In this document: in pieces, positions 51,099 to 60,329 of the stretch
Position numbering within the stretch: the first letter of the stretch is position 1
Layout of the letters: every line of letters starts with the position of its first letter
NCBI GenBank assembly: GCA_963663035.1
Contig: OY760074.1
Coordinates: 352,001-416,000 of the forward strand
Direction of reading: 5' to 3'
DNA length: 64,000 bases
DNA from: Acidobacteriota bacterium
GTDB taxonomy: Bacteria > Acidobacteriota > UBA6911 > RPQK01 > JADFOI01
Made by a program: the position numbers and the translations under genes
The notes under the pieces: model-generated
What the model saw: only the letters and a program-made list of their open reading frames with translations
Told to the model about the DNA's origin: nothing
Databases searched by the model: none

Positions 51099-52914
51099 AG
51101 CAGAGTTATTGGAGGACAAGGTCGACGCGAGCCTCGACTTCGCGCTATGGGCGCGGGTCCTGCGCTTCGCCCGCCCCTACCGCCGGGCGCTGACCTGGCT
51201 TGCCCTGGCGGGAATCGTGCTCGCCATGGCCGATGTCTGTCTTCCCCTGATCACCAAATGGATCATCGACGACGCCACCACACCCGAGGGAGGAGAAAGG
51301 ATCCTCGCCCTCAGTCTTCTCTACCTGGGCCTGGTGGGCGTGATCTCCGCGATGATCTGGATCTTCATCATCTTCGCGGGACGAGCTGCCACCGGGATGG
51401 CGTACGACATCCGGCGGGCCGCCTTTGCCCATCTTCAAGCGCTCTCATTCAGCTTCTACGACGAGCGTCCGGTGGGCTGGCTGATGGCCCGGTTGACCTC
51501 CGATTGCAGTCGGTTCTCGTCGATCATTCCCTGGTGCCTTCTCGACCTGTTCTGGGGATCCTCGTTCCTCATCGGGATCTGCGTGGTGATGCTGCTGCTC
51601 GACTGGCGACTGGCCCTACTGGTGATGACGATTATCCCGCTCCTGGCGGTGATCAGTCTTGTCTTCCAGAAGAAGCTCATCCGCAGTCAACGTCTCGTCC
51701 GCAAGACCAATTCGCAGCTGACCGCGAGCTTCAACGAGGGGATCATGGGAGTCCGCACCACCAAGGCCCTGGTACGGGAAGAGCAGAATCTTAGCGAGTT
51801 CCAGGGGCTCTCCACCCGGATGTACGACTACAGCGTGAGAAATATGCTCCAGGCCGCGGTGTATCTCCCCCTGGTGATGACGCTCGGTGGCCTCGGGATC
51901 GGCCTCGCTCTCTGGAGGGGGGGACTCGATCTGGGGCCGGAAGCGGGGATCTCTCTGGGCACCCTCGTCGCCTTCATGCAGTACGCGGCTCTCCTCTACA
52001 TCCCGATTCAGGAGATGGCCGCCCGATTCACCGAGTTCCAGGCGGCCCAGGCTTCGGCGGAGCGGGTCCAGACCCTTCTTGACGCGATACCGGAGATCAC
52101 CGACACGCCGGAGGCGATCTCCGGCGACGGGGACCTCAGGCGCATCGAGACCATCGAGTTTCGACAGGTCTCCTTCGCCTATCGAGGAGGAGAAAAAGTA
52201 CTCGACCGGTTCGACCTTCGCGTCGAGGCCGGGGAATGCATCGCACTGGTGGGACCCACCGGCAGTGGCAAGAGCACCATTGTCAGCCTGGTGAGTCGCT
52301 TCTACGAGCCCACCGGGGGCAGCATCGCCTTAAACGGCCGCGACTATCGATACCTTCGTCTCGACTGGTTGCAGTCGAATATGGGTATCGTGCAGCAGAC
52401 TCCCCATCTCTTTCGCACCTCGATTCGGGAGAACATTCGCTATGGACGTCTCGAAGCGAGCGACGAGGAGGTGCGGGCGGCGGCGATCCAGGTCAACGCC
52501 GAGGAGTTCATCGCCGGTCTCGAGAAGGGCTACGACACCGACGTGGGGGAGAGCGGGAATGCCCTCTCCACGGGGCAAAAGCAACTGGTCTCCCTGGCGC
52601 GGGCGGTGCTCGCCGATCCCCAGATCTTTATCCTGGACGAGGCGACCTCATCCGTGGACACCGAAACCGAACAGCTCATCCAGGCGGGGATCGAGCGAGT
52701 GCTCGAGGGACGGATCAGCTTCATCATCGCCCACCGCCTCTCGACGGTGCGACGGGCCGATCGGATCCTCGTGATCGATCACGGCCGCATCCTGGAGGAG
52801 GGAGACCATGAAGAGCTCCTGCGGCGGCGGGGGCACTATCACAGCCTCTACCTACGCCAGTTCGCGGATGAAGCCCGGGAACGGCTGCTGACCGCAAGGC
52901 AGGAGCTCCAGTAG
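51091..52914 (+). CDS. Heterodimeric ABC exporter subunit 2 (TMD+NBD, MdlB-like)
   Basis: GPTGSGKS, degenerate signature LSTGQKQ, ILDEATS. Confidence 0.95.
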   Translation: MSEAELLEDKVDASLDFALWARVLRFARPYRRALTWLALAGIVLAMADVCLPLITKWIIDDATTPEGGERILALSLLYLGLVGVISAMIWIFIIFAGRAATGMAYDIRRAAFAHLQALSFSFYDERPVGWLMARLTSDCSRFSSIIPWCLLDLFWGSSFLIGICVVMLLLDWRLALLVMTIIPLLAVISLVFQKKLIRSQRLVRKTNSQLTASFNEGIMGVRTTKALVREEQNLSEFQGLSTRMYDYSVRNMLQAAVYLPLVMTLGGLGIGLALWRGGLDLGPEAGISLGTLVAFMQYAALLYIPIQEMAARFTEFQAAQASAERVQTLLDAIPEITDTPEAISGDGDLRRIETIEFRQVSFAYRGGEKVLDRFDLRVEAGECIALVGPTGSGKSTIVSLVSRFYEPTGGSIALNGRDYRYLRLDWLQSNMGIVQQTPHLFRTSIRENIRYGRLEASDEEVRAAAIQVNAEEFIAGLEKGYDTDVGESGNALSTGQKQLVSLARAVLADPQIFILDEATSSVDTETEQLIQAGIERVLEGRISFIIAHRLSTVRRADRILVIDHGRILEEGDHEELLRRRGHYHSLYLRQFADEARERLLTARQELQ

Positions 52915-52951
52915 GGGTGTAGCGCAGATGGGTGCTGCAATGAGTACGACC

Positions 52952-53548
52952 TCAACGATCTGACCGTACTACCTGCTCCAGTGCTACTTGAGGGCAGATG
53001 TTGTCTCTGATGTAGTCAATCAGATGAGTGGCCACGCCTCGAATCCTTTGCTCTATGGCTGGATCGGTGCTTTGACCTGATTCATCAAAGACCTTGTGAA
53101 CCGCGGCTACTGACACAGGTCCTGGGAGCACAATGGCCCCAACATGAGAGCAGACACTGCGTAGGTGTTCCAAAGCCTTTATGGCTCCAATGCTTCCGGC
53201 AGCTACGCCTATCAAGGCAACCGGTTTGCCACTTAACACTGATGGAAAGCCCAGGTGCTCGATGACCAATTTGATCACGCTACTATAACTACCGTGGTAT
53301 TCCGGTGTGGCAAAAATGACTCCTGTTGCATCGGAGACCTGTTGCTGCAATCTATCCATAACCGAAGAATCCTTGGCGGTGCCAGGCAAAGCCAGATCGA
53401 TTTTTGCGGGATCGATCACCTCAACGGCAGCGTCCTTGTGCTTGTTGATCTCATCGACGACTAAAGCCAAGGCTGCCGTCGTTAAATTGCCCGGACGCAC
53501 ACTCCCGATGAACGCCGCAATTCGGATGTCACAATCTTCCCTGATCAT
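52952..53548 (-). CDS. NADPH-dependent FMN reductase
   Basis: GSVRPG, ATPEYHGSYS, LSGKPVALIG. ATG 53548 has an RBS; alternative start 53584. Confidence 0.9.
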   Translation of the reverse strand: MIREDCDIRIAAFIGSVRPGNLTTAALALVVDEINKHKDAAVEVIDPAKIDLALPGTAKDSSVMDRLQQQVSDATGVIFATPEYHGSYSSVIKLVIEHLGFPSVLSGKPVALIGVAAGSIGAIKALEHLRSVCSHVGAIVLPGPVSVAAVHKVFDESGQSTDPAIEQRIRGVATHLIDYIRDNICPQVALEQVVRSDR

Positions 53549-53675
53549 GTGGCTTTCTCCTTCTTGCAGAGATTCTGACAGCATCGTGCACTGATCTCAA
53601 CACAAGAAGGAGTCTCGAACTTGTTCACCCGCTGCTGTTGGGCTAGAATCTCAGTACTGGAGAAAAGGAGAGTGC

Positions 53676-54077
53676 ATGCCATTTTCAGAGCTTGCTGATG
53701 TTCGGTTTGAAGGGGGAGGGGTGATGTTTCAGTATCTCCTCTTTGAGCTGAAAGGGGCTGCCCAGAAAAAAGCCATTGTCCGGGGTTTGAACTACAAATC
53801 CTACGAAGGTAAAACCGAGGAGCAGATCGTGAAGTGGGCCAAGGAGGAGCTGGGGGAAAGCGGCCTCTTGGAAAGTGGAGGTGAGCTCCAGATCGGGGGT
53901 GGTGGAAGCGTGTCCTTCAATACCTACTATGAGACCATCACCGTATTTGGGTCCAGCCAGACCTATGGCGTGGAAGAAGATCGAGAGGCAGTTGTAAAGC
54001 TGATAGAAACTTCATATCCGGAGCACGAGGTATCCTGGTTCAATCCCGAGTCCGCTGACTCGACTTCTAAAGAGTAA
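53676..54077 (+). CDS. Janus/Ocnus (PHPT1 phosphohistidine phosphatase)-like protein
   Basis: Ordered motifs DV...GV.FQYLL, KAIVRG, GGG.VS, ITVFGSSQTYG, YPEHEVSW resemble eukaryotic PHPT1 (recalled, not searched). Confidence 0.7.
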   Translation: MPFSELADVRFEGGGVMFQYLLFELKGAAQKKAIVRGLNYKSYEGKTEEQIVKWAKEELGESGLLESGGELQIGGGGSVSFNTYYETITVFGSSQTYGVEEDREAVVKLIETSYPEHEVSWFNPESADSTSKE

Positions 54078-54084
54078 AAAAGCC

Positions 54085-54426
54085 ATGCCTGTTGATCTTC
54101 TGAAAGACACTGCAACCATCAAGAAAACGGAACAGCGTAAGCGCAAACCTGTTGTGATCGCTGTCATCAATGACGCCTGTACGGGCTGTGCCGGCTCCCC
54201 TGCCTGTGTGGACTACTGCCCGATAGGGAACTGTATGATCTGGGTACCTGACCAGGAACATCCTCCATTCGGCCGAATAGAAGTCGACGGGCTGTTGTGC
54301 ATCGGTTGCAAGCTTTGTATCAGTAAAGGGCCGGAAGGAGCCTTTTTGGATGGCTGTCCCTGGGACGCGATCGACATGGTCTCAATCAAAGACTATGAGG
54401 CGGAATTGGGCCCCATGCCCTATTAG
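54085..54426 (+). CDS. 4Fe-4S dicluster ferredoxin
   Basis: CTGC...CVDYCP and CIGCKLC...GCPWDAI. Confidence 0.9.
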   Translation: MPVDLLKDTATIKKTEQRKRKPVVIAVINDACTGCAGSPACVDYCPIGNCMIWVPDQEHPPFGRIEVDGLLCIGCKLCISKGPEGAFLDGCPWDAIDMVSIKDYEAELGPMPY

Positions 54427-54634
54427 CCAGGACTATTCATACGCTGTCTGCTGCAGCGGCGGGATCATCCGTCCGGACTGCGCGACCCACAAGTGGGTGC
54501 CCCCGACCCGCAAGCGGGTACCCCTCGACCTTCTCGGCGTACTGCAAGAGTACGCCTGCGGGGGTCTCGGTCGCGACGCCTTGTCCTGCCGGCGCTTCCA
54601 CCGCTTCGCGACGACAGCCTATGAATAATCCGGG
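54427..54634 (+). mobile_element. Structured MITE with IS1380-type ends (208 bp)
   Basis: TIR CCAGGACTATTCATA / TATGAATAATCCGGG; the right end is identical to the IS1380 15-bp left IR. Homologous to 61289-61495. Confidence 0.85.
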
Positions 54635-54703
54635 CTAAGCGGGCTTCGCGCGCGTTTCAGGTTCCAGGTTTCAGTTGTTAGCTGTCAGGGGTTAGAGACT
54701 TTT

Positions 54704-55354
54704 ATGGCGAGACGAGTTGGACCCATTCAGCTTTCGCTTGCCGGTCTGGTCCTGGTAGCTTGTGTCGTGATTCCCTTTCTCTCCTGGCAGGGAACCTGGT
54801 TCGGGCGGCCTCTGGACGACGAGACACTCACCCAATACCTGGCTGATCAAGAAAAGTCCCGACGGGTTCAGCATGGGCTGGCTCAAATTGTTGAACGCAT
54901 GGAACGGGGTGATCCAGAAGTCGTGCAGTGGTACCAGAGCGTTGCGCAGCTCTCGGAGCACCCGGGTTCAGAGGTGCGAGTGACAGCAGCCTGGGTAATG
55001 GGCCAGGATTCAAGCTCTGATCTGTTCCACAAGGCTCTTCTTCAGATGCTTCATGATGAGGAAGTGCTGGTCAGGCGAAATGCAGCGTTATCACTGGTTC
55101 GATTTGGCGACGACAAGGGGCTAAACGAGTTGCGAGCTATGCTCACCTCCCCTGTCGATGCAGGGAAGGAACCGGTGACGCTTTCTCCAGATCCCACGCA
55201 TGTTTGGGAATCTCTGCGAGCCCTTGCCCTCATAGGGGGTGCTGATGAATTGCAGTTAGTCGACTCAGTCGCTGAGGATCCTCACTTCAGTGAGGAAGTA
55301 CGAGAACAGGCAGTGCTCACTCGAGAAGCGATTCAGGAAAGAATTCAGAAGTAA
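54704..55354 (+). CDS. Membrane-anchored HEAT-repeat protein
   Basis: N-terminal TM, VRVTAAWVMG, VRRNAALSLVRFGD. Confidence 0.85.
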   Translation: MARRVGPIQLSLAGLVLVACVVIPFLSWQGTWFGRPLDDETLTQYLADQEKSRRVQHGLAQIVERMERGDPEVVQWYQSVAQLSEHPGSEVRVTAAWVMGQDSSSDLFHKALLQMLHDEEVLVRRNAALSLVRFGDDKGLNELRAMLTSPVDAGKEPVTLSPDPTHVWESLRALALIGGADELQLVDSVAEDPHFSEEVREQAVLTREAIQERIQK

Positions 55355-55378
55355 GGGCACACGGCTGTGCGCCCCTAC
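55351..55378 (-). repeat. GTAG-type REP-like palindrome between convergent genes
   Basis: Minus strand GTAGGGGCGCACAGCCGTGTGCCCTTAC, matching the GTAGGGGCG...CCCNTAC REP pattern. Confidence 0.65.
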
Positions 55379-55410
55379 GCAAGAAACCTGGAACCCGGGA
55401 AGCGTGCAGT

Positions 55411-56190
55411 TTAGCCCTCGAAGCTGAACTCGATTTCCTGGCTTTCCTCAGGTGCCACCGTTATGACCTGTTCCTGGGTGCCGTACTTCTCGTGCCAAAC
55501 TTCAATGGTGTACTCTCCCGGAGGCAGATTGGGGAGCTCAAAGCTGCCATCCTCTCCCGTGACCGCAAAGTAAGGGTGAGGGACCACACCGACGTAAGCT
55601 TTCATCCAGGGATGAATGTTGCACTTCACCGGAATCATGACCTCGGGGCGTGGGAAGGCTCTGGCCATCTCCTGACCCGCAGCTTGAGAAATGTTCCACT
55701 CCCGGTTCTGCTGGGGCAGGGGGTGAATGTTGTGAGTCGTGTCGTCACTGTTGCGGATGCTGATGTCCTGATTGGTCTGAATTCCAAAAACGTGGGGCAG
55801 GTAGACACACCCGTCCTGCTCCATCATTACGGCCTGGGTGGGAGTATCAAAACTGTATTGTTCCAAACCTGCCTTGACCCAAACAAAGGCATTTTTCAAG
55901 GTGCCATTTTCGTTTACGACCACTTCCTGCGAATAGACAGGACCGCCGTGTTTTTCTTCGCATACGGGCTCTGCACCCATACGAATACGGGCCATCTGAG
56001 GTTGTTCGCCCTGGAAGCTGACTTTGCCTGAAACCGCTCCCGCCTGGGAGAGATCAGGGGCGACTCCCTGCGCTTCCCCTGCCGGGGCCTCGTCAGTAGC
56101 CACCTCAGCAGGAGTTTCTCCTCCTCCGCAGGCAAGGGGAACACAGACTAGAAATAAAAGGGCGATGAGGTGCAGTTTATTTTTCAGCAT
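55411..56190 (-). CDS. Lipoprotein with cupredoxin-like type-1 Cu motif and carboxypeptidase-regulatory-like domain
   Basis: Lipobox PLACG, THNIH...KCNIHPWM, LPPGEYTIEVWHE. Confidence 0.85.
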   Translation of the reverse strand: MLKNKLHLIALLFLVCVPLACGGGETPAEVATDEAPAGEAQGVAPDLSQAGAVSGKVSFQGEQPQMARIRMGAEPVCEEKHGGPVYSQEVVVNENGTLKNAFVWVKAGLEQYSFDTPTQAVMMEQDGCVYLPHVFGIQTNQDISIRNSDDTTHNIHPLPQQNREWNISQAAGQEMARAFPRPEVMIPVKCNIHPWMKAYVGVVPHPYFAVTGEDGSFELPNLPPGEYTIEVWHEKYGTQEQVITVAPEESQEIEFSFEG

Positions 56191-56241
56191 TTTCTTTTCC
56201 TCTCTCAAAAAAAGTTAACCAAAAGGAGGGATTCGATCCTA

Positions 56242-59200
56242 TCATCTTCCTGTCAGCCGACGCTGCTCTGCGGCGGTGTATTGGAACATATAACGTACCA
56301 TGAGCTTGGCATGATCCTGGTCGTAGTCTCGCAAGCTGGGCACGTCGGCCAGACCAAAAACCCAGCGCTGTCCGTCCTGACGAAACAGCCCCGAAGGCAT
56401 GTTCGTCCCCGGTCTGATGATCTCGGGATGGACGATCCAGCGTTCAGTCCAGTCTGATTTGAGGCGCTCTGGGATGAGCAGGAAATTCGGCGCCGTGGCC
56501 GTCTGATCGCCCACCGGGTCTCCCGTAGCATGACACGTCAAGCAGGGAGCCGCCCGGTGAGTGAAGAGCTCTCGCGCCATGGTCAGCTCTCGAGCCGACA
56601 GGGGCTGAAGCACGGGTGCTGTGTAGGGGAGCGACTGCTTGGACAGAGCGACAAAGAAGCGGACCAGCTGCTGAATTTCGGCATTGGATAGATCGAAGGT
56701 GGGCATGCGAGCTTGAAGATAACTGCGGACGCCATTGCGGTTCAGGTCGTTCTCTTCCAGAGCCGGATTTTCCAGGAAGCGGGCCAGCCAGTTGGGATCC
56801 ACCCGGGCTCCTTCACCGACCAGGCTGGGAGGGAGCTGCTCTCGCCAGTCCGGATCCTGATAGAGCGGCAGCTCTTCCAGCACGGTTGCTTCCTGGCCTG
56901 GAGTGAATTGATGGCAGGCCACACAATTGTACTTCTTGACCAACCACCAGCCCTTCTGAATCTCGCTGCGCTCGTCCGATGGCTGGTAGAAAGAATTTTC
57001 AGGGAATTTCGAGTCCGTACTTCCCAGAAGAAAAGTGGTGAGCTGTGTGATCTCTTCAGGGCTCAAATCAAAGTTGGGCATGCGCAATCGTTCCAACGGT
57101 TCTTTGATTTTGCCCTGGTCGAAAACTACCGGATCCGCCAGTTTGCGCTCGAAGAAGCCCTTGAGGTTATACCAACCGCCGTGTTTTGCCTCTGAGGTCA
57201 AAAGTGCAAAGTCCAACCGTTCGAGTGGTTTGCTGCCCTCTTTGGTTAAGTCGGTGCCGATTTTCCCCTCATTCTCCAGTCCACTGATTTCGTGACAACC
57301 GGCACAACCGAAGTTCCGCACGAAAAATCGACCCTCTTCCAACAGTCCCGGGTCATCCATATAAGGGGCCGGGGGATATTCGGCATCTTCATGCTGCTGC
57401 GTCATCAGATAACTGGCGATATCCCTTGTTTCCTCCCAGCTCAGGCGCAAATTGGGCATGACGGTGGCCTGTTGAACGTGGAGGAGATGGTCGCCCAGTG
57501 GGCACTGATTGTGTTCCAGGTCAAATTCGAAGGACAGTCCCTGACTGGCGTAATCTTCCTCAGTGATCTCTCTCTGGTGAACGGGGCAGTAGGGGAGTGT
57601 CCGTTCGCGGGGGTTATGGATCCAGCGGACCAGATAGTCATAATTCGCTTTCTCCCCCACGCGACTGAGATTGGCGGCGAAGGTGCCCCCGCTGGCCTCG
57701 TCTCCCTCTCCCATGGAATGACAGGCCATGCAGCCGCGGGTTTCAAAGAGAGTCTGTCCCTGGACAGGATCTCCCGGGGCTTGCTCGGGCAACTCGGCCT
57801 CAATCCCCGATTGCCAGAGAAAAGCCGAGATGGCCTGTACCTGATCTTCCTCCAAGCGAAATCGGGGCATTTTGGTGGTGGGTCGAAAGTCATGGGGGTT
57901 CTGGATCCAATTCGGGACCCATTCCTTTTTCAACTTGAGCCGCACTTCTTTCAAGTTGGGACCCACCTTTTTGATGGCCATCATCAAACCTGCTTCGCGG
58001 GCTTGGAAGTCTGCAAACTCAGTATCGATGCCGGCGATACTCATGGTGAGAGCTTCGGCTTGGGCGTAAAGTCGCTCGGCTTCCTCATTGGTTTGGGCGC
58101 GGTCAGCAGTTCCTACCGTTCTCTCAATCTGCAACTGGGTCTCGTTTTTTCTGGTGAGGAGATCTGTTAGGGATTTTTGGGTGTCACGCAGTTCTCTGGA
58201 CTCCGGCTCAAAGCCTTCACGAGCGTGGCAGCCCATACAGCCCAGAGAAAAAAGTTGCTTTCCCGCATCCAGGGTAGAAGATAACTCCAGATAGCGGTCA
58301 GCTTCATGACACTGCAAGCAACCCGCTTCAAAATTCTCGGATGGATAGAGTGGCCACAACCAATGTTTATACTGGCCATGAGCCTCAGTCGTGCCGACGG
58401 TGGCAACCCCGTTGCCATTGTGACAGGGTGAGCAGCCGAAGGTCTCTGGGTCATGGATTTGAAGCAGTTCAGGGTTGGGGTGGCTGGTAAAAACGCGACT
58501 CCCTCCCATGGCTTCTCGCGTGATCAAAACGGGTTCCAGAGTGCCCACATGACAGGATTCACACCGATCGACCAGCCCCAGTTCGGCATTGTGAATTTGT
58601 TTGATCTCAATCCTGAAGTCGTCCAGGCCGTCCAGTAGGCCATCCACTTGGGTCTCGGTCAAACTGGTCAGACGAGCGTTCAGGAAAGCATCCCGTTCTC
58701 GTCTCAGCTCGGTCGAGTGTCTCAAAAGCTCCACGGTACGACCCTGGAGCTCTCCTTGCCGAGCCTTGAGGGAGTTGAATTCCTCTTCCATTTGCGCGTA
58801 AGTATAGTCGTTGCTTTCAATGTTTCCGTCAGCGTCTGGTATCTCCAGAAGATAGGGGCCTATCCTCAGCGCTTCCACGTCCCTCTCCAGCCCCTCCTTC
58901 TGGGCATCACCGGATGTTTCCAGTACATAGATAGCTGCCTGCAGGCGACTCCTCTCGGTGGTAAACGTTTTGGTGATGGCCGCCAGTTGCAGTCTGACCA
59001 GGCGCTCTTCGGCTTCGATCTCAGCCAACTCAGGTTCGATCTCTGTTTCGGCCTCCTGAAGCGCTTGCTGGAGCTCTGTATAACCTTGCGAGCCCCGAAC
59101 TTCCTGCTCTTCCTCACCCCGTCTGGGCTTCAGATCGATGAGCACCTGTTGGTAACGCTCCACAAAATCCTCCTGGAAACCAATCCAGGGACGCAGACCC

Positions 59201-59373
59201 CAAACTTCATCGTACAGGGCCCACACCAGGCTCAGGATGAGCAGCAGAGAAAAAATAGCAGTGGCTGTAGCCAGAGAGGATTTGACAATAGGATCCTCCT
59301 GGGGAATGGGTCGTTCGTCAAGTCTGGACCGTGATCGCCACCAGGACAGAAGACGTTGTACTGGATTGCTCAT
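56242..59373 (-). CDS. Membrane-anchored octaheme c-type cytochrome of the Rieske/cyt b complex
   Basis: Eight CxxCH motifs (CESCH, CSPCH, CLQCH, CMGCH, CMACH, CAGCH, CVACH, CLTCH), N-terminal TM, coiled coils. Confidence 0.93.
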   Translation of the reverse strand: MSNPVQRLLSWWRSRSRLDERPIPQEDPIVKSSLATATAIFSLLLILSLVWALYDEVWGLRPWIGFQEDFVERYQQVLIDLKPRRGEEEQEVRGSQGYTELQQALQEAETEIEPELAEIEAEERLVRLQLAAITKTFTTERSRLQAAIYVLETSGDAQKEGLERDVEALRIGPYLLEIPDADGNIESNDYTYAQMEEEFNSLKARQGELQGRTVELLRHSTELRRERDAFLNARLTSLTETQVDGLLDGLDDFRIEIKQIHNAELGLVDRCESCHVGTLEPVLITREAMGGSRVFTSHPNPELLQIHDPETFGCSPCHNGNGVATVGTTEAHGQYKHWLWPLYPSENFEAGCLQCHEADRYLELSSTLDAGKQLFSLGCMGCHAREGFEPESRELRDTQKSLTDLLTRKNETQLQIERTVGTADRAQTNEEAERLYAQAEALTMSIAGIDTEFADFQAREAGLMMAIKKVGPNLKEVRLKLKKEWVPNWIQNPHDFRPTTKMPRFRLEEDQVQAISAFLWQSGIEAELPEQAPGDPVQGQTLFETRGCMACHSMGEGDEASGGTFAANLSRVGEKANYDYLVRWIHNPRERTLPYCPVHQREITEEDYASQGLSFEFDLEHNQCPLGDHLLHVQQATVMPNLRLSWEETRDIASYLMTQQHEDAEYPPAPYMDDPGLLEEGRFFVRNFGCAGCHEISGLENEGKIGTDLTKEGSKPLERLDFALLTSEAKHGGWYNLKGFFERKLADPVVFDQGKIKEPLERLRMPNFDLSPEEITQLTTFLLGSTDSKFPENSFYQPSDERSEIQKGWWLVKKYNCVACHQFTPGQEATVLEELPLYQDPDWREQLPPSLVGEGARVDPNWLARFLENPALEENDLNRNGVRSYLQARMPTFDLSNAEIQQLVRFFVALSKQSLPYTAPVLQPLSARELTMARELFTHRAAPCLTCHATGDPVGDQTATAPNFLLIPERLKSDWTERWIVHPEIIRPGTNMPSGLFRQDGQRWVFGLADVPSLRDYDQDHAKLMVRYMFQYTAAEQRRLTGR

Positions 59374-60305
59374 ATGTTAAACCAGGGAGTGACCATGACG
59401 TTCTTGATCCGGAAGACCAGACGAAGGAACATCTTTACCGGAAGAGCCCACATGATCAGTAAGAAACTTTGTAAGGTCAGGTATTGGACAAGGGTCATTT
59501 GCTGGTAGATTTTCCGATTGAATTTATTCCAGACAAAAAGTTTGTGGGTGAGCCACCCAAAAATGACGAAATAGAGCCCCACTGCACTAGCGCCCACAAG
59601 CCCTGACCAGGGCTGGGTGGTAATGCCGAACAGCTCATGGAGGTCTCGGTTGGTCTCAAAGACCAAGCGATGGTGATCCCAGGTTTCACCGGGCCAGAAC
59701 CACATCCAGCCCGGACCCCGGATGAAGGTGCCGATAAAAACCATAGACAGCCATAAAACCATAAAACCAAAGCAGAAAGTGAGAATGGCAAACTTGCGCT
59801 GGCGAAAGGTGTAATAGCCGTTTCCCAGGGGGTTGCAGTCGACATAGGGAATGATCATCAGCCCCACCAGGATGAGAGTCGGCATCACCACACCGGCAAT
59901 CCAGGGGTCAAAGTAGACCAGCATCTCCTGGAGACCCAGAAAGTACCAGGGAGCTTTGGCCGGATTCATGGTGAGGTTGGGATTGGCCGGTTCCTCCAAC
60001 GGAGCGTTCAGGGTGATCGACCAGACCATCAGGATTCCGGTGACAATGATGGCGGTCAGAAATTCCACTCTGAGAAGGTAGGGCCAAACATAGAGCTTTT
60101 GCGCCCATCCTTCTCGATAGGGTTCAACTTTCCGGTGGTGTGTCTTGGCCAGCTCCGGATCTTTGGTCAAACGGTCAATCAGGCGATCGTTAGCCAGGGC
60201 CTGCCGAAAACCGTACCAGGTAAAGAAAGGGATCAAAAACAGAAGCGCCACGATGGGAACATTGTCAGGCGCCGAAATAATTTCCCAGAGTTGTCCCCAA
60301 TCCAT
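59370..60305 (-). CDS. Cytochrome b C-terminal (subunit IV-like) protein
   Basis: VWPYLL, APLEEPANP...NPAKAPWYFLGLQE, IPYVD. Confidence 0.88.
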   Translation of the reverse strand: MDWGQLWEIISAPDNVPIVALLFLIPFFTWYGFRQALANDRLIDRLTKDPELAKTHHRKVEPYREGWAQKLYVWPYLLRVEFLTAIIVTGILMVWSITLNAPLEEPANPNLTMNPAKAPWYFLGLQEMLVYFDPWIAGVVMPTLILVGLMIIPYVDCNPLGNGYYTFRQRKFAILTFCFGFMVLWLSMVFIGTFIRGPGWMWFWPGETWDHHRLVFETNRDLHELFGITTQPWSGLVGASAVGLYFVIFGWLTHKLFVWNKFNRKIYQQMTLVQYLTLQSFLLIMWALPVKMFLRLVFRIKNVMVTPWFNI

Positions 60306-60329
60306 TCTTTTCAGTTGCCTCCTCCCCGA

